NCBI RefSeq assembly: GCF_000255115.2
Contig: NC_018068.1
Coordinates: 1,357,977-1,397,976 of the forward strand
Length of the DNA: 40,000 bases
Origin: Desulfosporosinus acidiphilus SJ4
Lineage (GTDB): Bacteria; Bacillota; Desulfitobacteriia; Desulfitobacteriales; Desulfitobacteriaceae
Reading direction: 5' to 3'
Part shown: one piece after another, positions 6,881-14,930 of the stretch
How positions within the stretch are numbered: the first letter of the stretch is position 1
How the letters are laid out: every line of letters begins with the position of its first letter
Program-made: the position numbers and the translations under genes
Notes under the pieces: model-generated
The model's database searches: none
The model's input: only the letters and a program-made list of their open reading frames with translations
Told to the model about the DNA's origin: nothing

Positions 6881-8544
6881 ACAAACTGCAATTCAGCCAC
6901 AGCCGAGTCAATACCTTCGAAAAATGTCCCTATCAGTTTAAACTCCGCTACCTGGACAAACTCACCACGATCTCCGACTCCTTAGCCGATGATGCACTGG
7001 TTGTTGGTAACGCCCTCCATCTGGGTGCTGAGAAGGACGAACGAGCGATGTTGGAGTTTTACTTCTCCAACTATACCGTGATTGATGATTTGCACATCAA
7101 CGAAACTATGAAACTGACCGCCCTTTTACGAAAGCTTAAGAACCATCTTGGCAGTATCTCCGGCCAATTTAGGCAGGAATATAAACTTGAACGGCCCGAG
7201 TTTAAAGGTTTTGTGGACTTGATCGTGACTAATCCAGATAGAACCGTTGATGTCTACGACTTTAAGTATTCCAATCATGTAAATAACTATCTCGATTCCA
7301 AACAGCTTCATCTCTATAAATTCTATCTCGAACGGGAAGGGTTTAACGTTCAGCGAATCGGGTTCATCTTCATCCCCAAAACCTCTATCCGTCAAAAGAA
7401 AACGGAAGATCTTTATCAGTTCAGAAAGAGACTCATAGAAACCCTCAGCACAATGGAAGTGCAAGTGGTTTACCTCGATTACGATTTCCAAAAAGTTAAA
7501 GAGTTCTGGGACTCTTGCGATTTGATTGGTGAGACAATCGAGTTTCCTAAAAACCAAACGAACCTGTGTAACTGGTGTGAGTTTCAGAAATATTGCCTAG
7601 AAGGGATTGACTATATGTTATTACCAAGTGCCGAACGTCGCCAAATTGATGCTGTGAGTAAGAAAGTCATCTGGATTTACGGTGCTCCATTTACCGGCAA
7701 GACTTACTTTGCTAATAAATTCCCAAGTCCTTTGATGCTCAATACTGACGGAAATGTCAGGTTTGTAGATGCACCGTATATCGCCATAAGAAACGAAGTA
7801 ACGGTCGAGGGACGGCTGACTAAAACAAGATTGGCCTGGGATATTTTCAAAGATGCCATTGCCGAATTAGAAAAGAAACAGAACGAGTTTGAAACCATTA
7901 TTTTGGATTTACTCGAAGACACTTACGAGCATTGCCGACTTTTTATGTATGACAAATTAGGCATTGAGCATGAATCGGATAACAGCTTTAAAGCCTGGGA
8001 TATGGTCAGAACAGAGTTCTTATCCACGCTCAAACGCCTCATCAACTTGGACTATAACATTGTTCTTATTTCCCATGAAGATATGTCTAAGGACGTGACT
8101 AAACGAACGGGAGACAAGATCACAAGGATTGCTCCGAATATTCAAGAGAAAGCTGCCAACAAAATCGCTGGGATGGTGGATATCGTGGCCCGAGTAATCA
8201 ACGAAGACGATGAACGGTTCTTAACCTTTAAAACCAGTGAGGTAGAGTTTGGTGGTGGTAGACTTACACTCATTGCTAAAAAAATACCCTTGGAATATGA
8301 ATCATTTGTCAAACTATATGAGGCTGTGCAGAACTCGGTTCCAGCCAGCGAGACAAAGACCCGTCGAGAACGGAAGAGTAAGGACGCAATGGAAGAAGAG
8401 GTTACCCAACAAGCAACTATTGAAACACCAGAGGAAACCGTATCTGATGAACCCAGCCTGAAGGTTGAGCCAACCCAAGGTCTAGAAACACCTTCGCTCA
8501 GTGAACCTCCGAAACGATCCCGCCGTACCAGAACACAACAATAA
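6877..8544 (+). CDS. Fusion protein: Cas4/RecB-like PD-(D/E)XK exonuclease (N-terminal) plus AAA_24 / Sak4-like ATPase (C-terminal)
   Basis: N-terminal part: FEKCPYQF, DLIV...DVYDFKYS, QLHLYKFYL and the Cys cluster CNWCEFQKYC (the Cas4-type four-Cys arrangement). C-terminal part: Walker A IYGAPFTGKT and Walker B-like IILDLLED. Low-complexity charged tail. Confidence 0.7.
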   Translation: MNKLQFSHSRVNTFEKCPYQFKLRYLDKLTTISDSLADDALVVGNALHLGAEKDERAMLEFYFSNYTVIDDLHINETMKLTALLRKLKNHLGSISGQFRQEYKLERPEFKGFVDLIVTNPDRTVDVYDFKYSNHVNNYLDSKQLHLYKFYLEREGFNVQRIGFIFIPKTSIRQKKTEDLYQFRKRLIETLSTMEVQVVYLDYDFQKVKEFWDSCDLIGETIEFPKNQTNLCNWCEFQKYCLEGIDYMLLPSAERRQIDAVSKKVIWIYGAPFTGKTYFANKFPSPLMLNTDGNVRFVDAPYIAIRNEVTVEGRLTKTRLAWDIFKDAIAELEKKQNEFETIILDLLEDTYEHCRLFMYDKLGIEHESDNSFKAWDMVRTEFLSTLKRLINLDYNIVLISHEDMSKDVTKRTGDKITRIAPNIQEKAANKIAGMVDIVARVINEDDERFLTFKTSEVEFGGGRLTLIAKKIPLEYESFVKLYEAVQNSVPASETKTRRERKSKDAMEEEVTQQATIETPEETVSDEPSLKVEPTQGLETPSLSEPPKRSRRTRTQQ

Positions 8545-8561
8545 AAGGAGATGGATTATTC

Positions 8562-9011
8562 ATGGCAACAATATGGGAAAAATTCGACAAAGCAATTGAT
8601 ACAAAGGCACTCAAGGAAGACGTGTTAGCCGCACAAGAAAACAAGCAAGAATATCGGGATGTTCCGAAGGGCCATTATGAAGTGAAAATAGAAAAACTGG
8701 AACTTGTCGAATCGAAAACGAGTAAGCCGATGGTGGCCTGCTGGATGAAAATTCTGAGTGGAGAGTACAAGGGACAATTAATATTCTACAACCAAGTTAT
8801 TCATGTTGGGTTTGGCATTCACAAGGCCACTGAGTTTCTGCGTTCCTTAGATAGTGGTATTGAAGTTACCTTCGATAATTACAAACAGTTTTATGAATTG
8901 CTTCTGAATATCTTAGAGGTGATTGAGAACAAATTCGAATATGAAGTTGATTATGGGGAAGACAAGAAAGGCTATGGCACCTACGTGATTAAGGAAGTCT
9001 TTGAAGTTTAA
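8562..9011 (+). CDS. DUF669-like protein (phage SSB-like, usual partner of Sak4)
   Basis: PKGHYEVKIEKLELVESKTSKPMVACWMKILSGEYKG pattern, and its position directly after the AAA_24 ATPase. Confidence 0.55.
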   Translation: MATIWEKFDKAIDTKALKEDVLAAQENKQEYRDVPKGHYEVKIEKLELVESKTSKPMVACWMKILSGEYKGQLIFYNQVIHVGFGIHKATEFLRSLDSGIEVTFDNYKQFYELLLNILEVIENKFEYEVDYGEDKKGYGTYVIKEVFEV

Positions 9012-9022
9012 CAACATGATTA

Positions 9023-9047
9023 GGGGATTCGCAAGAGTCCCCTTTTT
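9023..9047 (+). terminator. Rho-independent terminator
   Basis: 8-bp stem GGGGATTC/GAGTCCCC with a GCAA loop, then TTTTT. Confidence 0.5.
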
Positions 9048-9112
9048 CTAAAGATACGAAGAGAAGAATACCGCTCAGGGGTATAACAGAAATAATAGGG
9101 GGTATAGGCATC

Positions 9113-9283
9113 GTGAATAGTCAACAAAAGCTGAGTAAAACCTCTAAAAAAAATCGAGAAGAACATTTTGATCAACGAAATCACGAGGGGTATTTTGATC
9201 TTACAGCATTCCTTGCTTTAGAGAGAATAATCGATCAAAACAGACGGCAACCGAGGCCTGTCCCAACGAGGCAATCCAAATGA
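9113..9283 (+). CDS. Small 56-aa ORF (not in the ORF track)
   Basis: GTG start 8 nt after AGGGGG. Encodes MNSQQKLSKTSKKNREEHFDQRNHEGYFDLTAFLALERIIDQNRRQPRPVPTRQSK. Its TGA overlaps the polymerase ATG (ATGA). Confidence 0.3.
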   Translation: MNSQQKLSKTSKKNREEHFDQRNHEGYFDLTAFLALERIIDQNRRQPRPVPTRQSK

Positions 9284-10974
9284 TCTTCTTCGATGCCGAA
9301 GTCTTCCGCTACGATTGGTTGTTTGTGTTCATGAATACAGATACCCAAGTAACGACTGTCATCGTGAACGACCCGGAGAAACTCAAACAACTTTACGAAC
9401 AATACAATAATAACGTCTGGGTCGGATTTAACAGCCGACATTATGACCAGTATATTTTTAAAGCGATCCTCTGTGATTTTGATCCATATGAAGTGTCACA
9501 GTGGATTATTTCAAATAGACAAGGTGGCTGGGGGTATAGTGGAGCCTTTCGGAAACTACCGTTTTATACCTTTGATGTCATGACGACTCGCTATCACGGA
9601 TTAAAGCAACTTGAGGGGTTTATGGGGAACGACATCCAGGAATCCGATGTGTCGTTTGATATCGACCGTAAACTCAGTTCAGAAGAGCTGGAAAGTGTCA
9701 TTCAATACTGTCGGCACGATGTTGAGCAAACGATCGAAGTATTTTTGAACCGAATAGAAGAGTTCGAGTCTCAAATGGCCCTCATAAAATCCTTCAAACT
9801 CCCACTGAGTTATATCAGTAAAACGAAAGCCCAATTAACCGCCGCTGTTTTAGAAGCCGTAAAGGTCGATCGTAATGAAGAGTTTGATATTGTCCTGCCG
9901 GACACTCTGAAAATCCAAAAATACCGGCACATCACAAACTGGTATATGAAACCGGAAAATCGGGATTATGAGAAACAGCTCGAGGTAGATATAGCCGGAG
10001 TCCCCCATGTTTTTGGCTGGGGTGGGCTGCATGGAGCGATACCAAACTACCAGGGCGAAGGGATCTATCTGAATGTCGATGTGGCCTCATTTTACCCGGC
10101 AATTATGATTGAGTACGATTTTCTTTCCCGCAATGTGGCTGACTCCACCAAATATCGTCAGATTCGGGATGAACGTTTAAGGCTTAAGGCTCAGAAAAAC
10201 CCCATGGCCAACCCCTTGAAAATTGTCTTGAACAGTACGTTTGGGGCCTCCAAGGATAAATACAATCAGCTCTATGATCCTAGGCAGGCCAATAACGTCT
10301 GTGTTGGCGGACAGTTATTACTGTTGGATCTTATCGAGCATTTGGAAGGTTCTTGTAAGCTGATCCAATCAAACACCGATGGATTGTTTCTTCAGGTTCG
10401 GAGGGAGCGAGACGTTGACCGAGTTAGAGCCATTTGTGCGGAATGGGAGCAGCGCACGAGAATGGTCTTGGAGTTTGATGAGTTTGAGCGAATTTTCCAG
10501 AAGGACGTTAACAATTATATCGTCATCCAAAACAACGGCAGTTATAAATCCAAAGGCGCTTACGTCAAAAAACTCGACATTTTAGATTATGATCTTGCCA
10601 TCGTCAATAAAGCCATCGTGAACTATTTCATTCATAACATTCCCGTCGAGCAGACCGTAATGGCGGCGGAAAAACTCATCGATTTTCAGAAAATCGTTAA
10701 AGTCAGTGAGAAATACACGTATGCCACCCATGGAAATGAGCGAAGGCCGGAAAAAGTGCTCAGAGTTTTTGCGTCAAAAGTTAGGACGGACCCAGGAGTT
10801 TTTAAAAGGAAGCAAGTGAGGGATGATTTCAGGATTGAGAAGATAGCAAATACGCCTGAGCGATGTTTCATCATGAATCATGATATTAACGATGTCGAGA
10901 TTCCAAGAAAACTGGATCGGAGATGGTATATCGATCTAGCGAAGAAACGGATTGAAGATTTTTTTGGTCATTAA
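9280..10974 (+). CDS. Family B DNA polymerase with 3'-5' exonuclease domain
   Basis: ExoI FFDAEV, ExoII NSRHYDQYIF, ExoIII YCRHDVEQT. Pol motif A DVASFYPAIM, motif B KIVLNSTFGA, motif C QSNTDGLF. Confidence 0.85.
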   Translation: MIFFDAEVFRYDWLFVFMNTDTQVTTVIVNDPEKLKQLYEQYNNNVWVGFNSRHYDQYIFKAILCDFDPYEVSQWIISNRQGGWGYSGAFRKLPFYTFDVMTTRYHGLKQLEGFMGNDIQESDVSFDIDRKLSSEELESVIQYCRHDVEQTIEVFLNRIEEFESQMALIKSFKLPLSYISKTKAQLTAAVLEAVKVDRNEEFDIVLPDTLKIQKYRHITNWYMKPENRDYEKQLEVDIAGVPHVFGWGGLHGAIPNYQGEGIYLNVDVASFYPAIMIEYDFLSRNVADSTKYRQIRDERLRLKAQKNPMANPLKIVLNSTFGASKDKYNQLYDPRQANNVCVGGQLLLLDLIEHLEGSCKLIQSNTDGLFLQVRRERDVDRVRAICAEWEQRTRMVLEFDEFERIFQKDVNNYIVIQNNGSYKSKGAYVKKLDILDYDLAIVNKAIVNYFIHNIPVEQTVMAAEKLIDFQKIVKVSEKYTYATHGNERRPEKVLRVFASKVRTDPGVFKRKQVRDDFRIEKIANTPERCFIMNHDINDVEIPRKLDRRWYIDLAKKRIEDFFGH

Positions 10975-10997
10975 ATATCAGTACGGAATTTAAACTT

Positions 10998-11160
10998 AGT
11001 GGAGGTTCCTCCCAAAATAAACCCTATTTAGATTAAAAACTGGAGGAAAAACCTCCAACTGAAACTTATCACCCTTCGAAATATGTAGATATTCACTTAA
11101 AAAGTGGAGGTTGAACCTCCAGAAAATCGCTTCTCAAATGACAAAAAATTGGAGGTTAGA
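10998..11160. repeat. Iterated TGGAGG-spacer-CCTCCA palindromes (three full copies plus one half-site)
   Basis: TGGAGGTTCCTCCCA 11000-11014. TGGAGGAAAAACCTCCA 11041-11057. TGGAGGTTGAACCTCCA 11105-11121. Half-site TGGAGG 11150-11155, which doubles as the primase SD. Each copy is preceded by an A-rich tract. Confidence 0.85.
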
Positions 11161-13035
11161 ATGGAGTTTTACAAAGGGTATATCCCTACAAGAAATAAAA
11201 AACCACTTAAAGAGTTTAAAGACGGCAATAATTTTATAGTTCTTGACTGGGCTAGGAAACTCGACGAATATGCCGGAGTGCTTGCTGAGGGAGTCATTCT
11301 CATCGATATAGACGACATGGAAAGTTCTGATATCGTCTTACGAATCCTCGATGACCTTAGTATCCAAACCCTTGTTATTGGAACGACCCGAGGAAAACAC
11401 TTCTTATTTAATAACACCGATGTGACCACTAACAAGACCCACACGAATACTGCTATTGGTATAACCGTAGATATCAAGCTTGGCTCAAGGAACTCTTATC
11501 ACATTTTAAAGTTTGATGGAGTCAAAAGACCTGTTCTTCGTAAAGCTGATGAATTGGCAGAACTTCCAAAGTGGTTGCTGCCCGTTAAGAGTAGCATTAG
11601 TTTCTCTATCTTGGAAGAAGGGGATGGACGGAACCAAGCCTTGTTCAATTACATCCTTACTCTGCAATCCGAGGGATTTAATAAAAATGAGATCATTGAA
11701 ACGATCGGGATCATCAATAAATATGTTCTCAAGGCACCTTTGGAGCAGCGTGAGATTGACACCATATTAAGAGATGAAGCCTTTAAGAAAAAATCCTTCT
11801 TTACTAAACAAGGATTTCAGCATCAAGACTTTGCTAAGTATCTGGTGCGAGAAGAACACATTGTCTGGATCAATAACGTGTTGCACATTTATAAGGACGG
11901 AATTTACTCTGACAAGCAACGAGACCTAGAAATCGCGATGATCCGCCATATCCCAGAGCTCACTCAATCTCGGCGAAGAGAAGTCTTGACCTATTTAGAA
12001 CTTGTTGCAGACCATGTGGAAATGTCACCGCCTAATTTTATCGCCCTAGGTAATGGCATCTACGATCTAGAGATGGACGAACTTCGGGAATACTGTCCCG
12101 AGATTGTGATCAAGAACCGGATTTCCGTTAATTATGAACCGGAAACCTATGATGAAACCGTGGACAAGACCCTAAGTAATATCTGCTGTCAAGATACGGA
12201 ACTTAGGATCCACTTAGAAGAAGTCATCGGGTACTTGTTACTGCGCAGAAACGAGTTAGGGAAATTTTTTGTTTTAACAGGTTCAGGATCCAACGGTAAA
12301 TCCACATTCATTGATATGCTCAAGTATTTTCTCAAGCCGGAAAACTACTCAGCCTTAGCTCTTGGAGAACTTGGTCAACGGTTTAAAACGGCAGAAGTGT
12401 TCGGAAAGCTCGCGAATTTGGGAGATGATATTTCCGGTAAGTATATCGAAGAAACCGATATCCTAAAGAAACTGGTCACCGGAGAAACGCTTAATGTGGA
12501 GAGAAAAGGAAAAGATCCCTATGAATTTGAAAGTTACGCCAAATTGATCTTCTCAGCCAATGATATGCCTCGGATAAACGATCTTTCAGATGGACTAAAA
12601 CGTCGATTAGTCATTATTCCGTTCAATGCCAAGTTTAGCAGCAGTGATGCGGATTTCGATCCCTTTATTATCGATAAATTGCTCTCGGAGAAGGCCATGA
12701 AATATCTGCTGCGAATCGGGATTGTTGGGCTCAAGCGCGTACTGGCAGCCAAGGACTTTATCAAACCGGCAGTGGTCAAAAAAGCATTAGCTCATTATGA
12801 ACTTGAGAACAATCCGTTACTTGGGTTTTTAGAAGAACATCCGAAACTCAACAATGAACTGGTCAAAGATGTTTATTTACGATACGACCTATGGTGCCGT
12901 CAGTGTAATCTCAAACCCTTAAGTCGGCCTATGTTCGGTCGCGAACTGGCTAAATACGGGTATAAAAGTAAAACCGTCACCCTCCAGGGTGAAAGCAGCC
13001 GAGTTTATGTCATGACAAATCCCCGTAATAAATAA
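11161..13035 (+). CDS. Bifunctional prim-pol / D5-type (P4-family) primase-helicase
   Basis: N-terminal prim-pol-like segment (VILIDIDD...GKHFLF) and Walker A LTGSGSNGKST with the P4-family C-terminal region. The ORF-track start GTG 11104 lies inside a palindrome. ATG 11161 follows GGAGG by 5 nt. Confidence 0.85.
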   Translation: MEFYKGYIPTRNKKPLKEFKDGNNFIVLDWARKLDEYAGVLAEGVILIDIDDMESSDIVLRILDDLSIQTLVIGTTRGKHFLFNNTDVTTNKTHTNTAIGITVDIKLGSRNSYHILKFDGVKRPVLRKADELAELPKWLLPVKSSISFSILEEGDGRNQALFNYILTLQSEGFNKNEIIETIGIINKYVLKAPLEQREIDTILRDEAFKKKSFFTKQGFQHQDFAKYLVREEHIVWINNVLHIYKDGIYSDKQRDLEIAMIRHIPELTQSRRREVLTYLELVADHVEMSPPNFIALGNGIYDLEMDELREYCPEIVIKNRISVNYEPETYDETVDKTLSNICCQDTELRIHLEEVIGYLLLRRNELGKFFVLTGSGSNGKSTFIDMLKYFLKPENYSALALGELGQRFKTAEVFGKLANLGDDISGKYIEETDILKKLVTGETLNVERKGKDPYEFESYAKLIFSANDMPRINDLSDGLKRRLVIIPFNAKFSSSDADFDPFIIDKLLSEKAMKYLLRIGIVGLKRVLAAKDFIKPAVVKKALAHYELENNPLLGFLEEHPKLNNELVKDVYLRYDLWCRQCNLKPLSRPMFGRELAKYGYKSKTVTLQGESSRVYVMTNPRNK

Positions 13036-13344
13036 GGAACATGTGTAATCTCTGAAAAGGGCATGGTTCAACGGACTCGGAATTAAAATGACAAAATGAC
13101 AACGGGTTTCGCTTTCTTATTATAGGAAACTTACGAAAACAAGAGTGCTCTCGCGCATTAGATAGTAATTATAGTGTATAGAGATTAATATAATACATCT
13201 TTGCAAGTATCATGCCACGTTCAAAGTCCGCTAAAATCAAGGGCTCTGGTGATTGGAAGAAGATGGGGATTAGACGTTTAGGGGCAAATCATCTGTAATT
13301 TTTCTGTAATTTATGTGTCATTTGTTGTCATTGAATCAGATGCA

Positions 13345-13440
13345 TTAAAACGTATGACCAGATATGAATTTTATTGCCGTAGCAATCGTGACAGGTAACA
13401 GTATCATCCAACTGCCAAAGAAGGCTAAATCACAATCCAT
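13345..13440 (-). CDS. 31-aa hydrophobic peptide (MDCDLAFFGSWMILLPVTIATAIKFISGHTF), antisense to the surrounding genes
   Basis: ATG preceded by GAAGGAGGG at about 10 nt. One predicted TM-length hydrophobic stretch. Not in the ORF track because it is under 60 aa. Confidence 0.35.
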   Translation of the reverse strand: MDCDLAFFGSWMILLPVTIATAIKFISGHTF

Positions 13441-13547
13441 AATAAGCAAACCCTCCTTCGTTCGATTTTGCTTATTATTACCAAGATGTAGAAATAGTTG
13501 CATACCGAGTAACAAAAGTAATCGGTAGAGAAAGGGAGGGATTAGTA

Positions 13548-13928
13548 ATGAGGATTCGAAGCAACAACGTTAGAGCGGCCTTCATTTTTGAAGAACTCGA
13601 ACGAGCCAACCAAATTTATGGGACAAGCTTTCATTCTCCTCATGAAGGCTATGCCGTGATGTTAGAAGAGATGGATGAACTCTTTGAAGAAATCAAGAAA
13701 AAGAATCCCGACAAAGATAAGTTGATGGAAGAAGCCGTACAGATTGGCGCTATGGCCATCAAGTTTATTCAGTCTCTGGAACACTGGCCTTGGTTGGATT
13801 TAAAAATGAGTGCCCATGAATTGAAATGCCTGCAGTGTCGGTACGCTGTCCTCACGGCGGATAAACTTGCTGAATTAGAAAGTGATCCATGTTTAAGTTG
13901 CAATAAACTGTGCCAGTGGAAGCCTTAA
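13548..13928 (+). CDS. MazG-like all-alpha NTP pyrophosphohydrolase-like protein with a C-terminal CxxC...CxxC segment
   Basis: HEGYAVMLEEMDELFEEI acidic helix followed by EEAVQIGAMAIKF, typical of MazG-like proteins. C-terminal CLQC...CLSCNKLC. The assignment is tentative. Confidence 0.4.
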   Translation: MRIRSNNVRAAFIFEELERANQIYGTSFHSPHEGYAVMLEEMDELFEEIKKKNPDKDKLMEEAVQIGAMAIKFIQSLEHWPWLDLKMSAHELKCLQCRYAVLTADKLAELESDPCLSCNKLCQWKP

Positions 13929-13939
13929 AATAACACTGC

Positions 13940-13998
13940 ATATCCACAAAGGTAAAAAGTGGATAAGTATGTTAATAACTGTAAGTTTTTGTGGATAA
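13940..13998. promoter_or_regulatory. Three DnaA-box-like 9-mers
   Basis: ATATCCACA 13940-13948 (8/9). AGTGGATAA 13958-13966 (8/9, reverse orientation). TGTGGATAA 13990-13998 (9/9, reverse orientation). Compared with the consensus TTATCCACA. Confidence 0.4.
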
Positions 13999-14044
13999 TC
14001 TTGCTTCACGAAAGGAACTATTTCGGATTCTAAGGAGGAAGCTA

Positions 14045-14497
14045 ATGAATTACATCGAGGAAGCCGAGAATTTGCTCTTATATTATAACGATCTTTATCG
14101 GAGCGTGGAGAATTTGAATCGTGAAATTTCCAAATTGATCCGTTACCAAACACCGAGTCCCCTCAACGCGATCCAATTGGAGGAGACGGGTGTTCGGTCC
14201 AGTAAGGTCGAAGACACGTATAACATGATGTTTAAACTTAAGACGATGGTAGAAAACAAGGAAAAGACCGAATTAGAATTAAAGGAGATCGACCGAATAC
14301 TCGAGGAATTGAGTCAGGATCCGGGATGTGAGTACTACGGGCAACTTTTAAAAGAGTGGTATATTTACGGAACAGCGAAGGAGAAAATAGCGGATCTTAT
14401 TAAGTCATCCTCACGGAATGTGTATCGTATTAAGGATCAAGCTATAAAAAAATTTGCCGTCCGATACTTTGGACTTGATGCAATGAGAGTCGTTTAA
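14045..14497 (+). CDS. Late-gene transcription regulator with a sigma-70 region-4-like C-terminal HTH (ArpU/RinA-type position)
   Basis: C-terminal segment KEKIADLIKSSSRNVYRIKDQAIKKFAV resembles region 4. The gene sits just before the packaging genes. ATG 14045 lies 5 nt after AAGGAGG; the ORF track opens at GTG 13991. Confidence 0.5.
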   Translation: MNYIEEAENLLLYYNDLYRSVENLNREISKLIRYQTPSPLNAIQLEETGVRSSKVEDTYNMMFKLKTMVENKEKTELELKEIDRILEELSQDPGCEYYGQLLKEWYIYGTAKEKIADLIKSSSRNVYRIKDQAIKKFAVRYFGLDAMRVV

Positions 14498-14557
14498 TGT
14501 GGCAAAAAGATGGCATACTTTTTTGACTTTGGATGTGCTAAACTAGTATCAGAAAGA

Positions 14558-14590
14558 GAAGACGTTCCGATGGGAGCGTCTTTTTCTTTT
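14558..14590 (+). terminator. Rho-independent terminator T1
   Basis: Stem GAAGACGTTCC/GGAGCGTCTT, loop GATG, then TTTTTCTTTT. Confidence 0.6.
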
Positions 14591-14616
14591 GGTTACATCA
14601 CTCATTTGAGAATTAT

Positions 14617-14640
14617 GGCTGCCATACGGCGGCCTTTTTT
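14617..14640 (+). terminator. Rho-independent terminator T2
   Basis: Stem GGCTGCC/GGCGGCC (one G-U pair), loop ATAC, then TTTTTT. Confidence 0.6.
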
Positions 14641-14654
14641 AGTTAGGAGTGGAT

Positions 14655-14843
14655 ATGAATAAATGCCAATATTTTTCACCCAACAAACTAGGATGCAGAG
14701 TTAATTGCGCTAACTGTAAGCGTTGGACTGGTACCGAGTGTAAGATTGAACTGCAACTCTTTAATCGTTACGAGGACACCGTAGAATTTAAATTCTACAA
14801 TCGCTTGATGCGGGAAAACAAAGGGGTTAATGGTCCGCTATGA
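14655..14843 (+). CDS. Small Cys-rich protein (62 aa)
   Basis: ATG 5 nt after AGGAG. Five Cys residues within the first 29 aa (C-x9-C-x3-C-x2-C-x7-C). Flanked by terminators on both sides. Confidence 0.45.
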   Translation: MNKCQYFSPNKLGCRVNCANCKRWTGTECKIELQLFNRYEDTVEFKFYNRLMRENKGVNGPL

Positions 14844-14852
14844 TGATTAAAG

Positions 14853-14881
14853 AAGGCGTTTCCGAAAGGGTGCCTTTTTTT
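14853..14881 (+). terminator. Terminator-like hairpin T3
   Basis: AAGGCG...TGCCTT stem with internal CC/GG pairing, followed by seven T residues. Confidence 0.45.
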
Positions 14882-14907
14882 AATACACTCCTCTCTTTTT
14901 ATATAAA

Positions 14908-14930
14908 GCGGTCTTCGGGCCGCATTTTTT
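14908..14930 (+). terminator. Terminator-like hairpin T4
   Basis: Stem GCGGTC/GGCCGC, loop TTCG, then ATTTTTT. Confidence 0.5.

Noticed and set aside
7126-7557. 143-aa minus-strand ORF inside the nuclease-ATPase gene. The same applies to 4789-5040, 5164-5415, 7704-7922, 9235-9441, 9850-10032, 10686-10874, 11169-11477 and 12534-12779.
   Set aside because: These are antisense shadows within CDSs that carry clear motifs on the + strand. No independent support.
10998-11160. Possibility that the TGGAGG palindromes form a CRISPR array or are terminators
   Set aside because: The repeats are only about 17 bp, the spacing is irregular (41, 64 and 45 bp), no cas genes are present and no T-runs follow. 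They are treated as iterons or hairpins instead.
13036-13548. tRNA or tmRNA in the large intergenic gap
   Set aside because: I found no GTTCRANNC T-loop with matching acceptor and anticodon arms by eye. This cannot be excluded without tRNAscan or Infernal.
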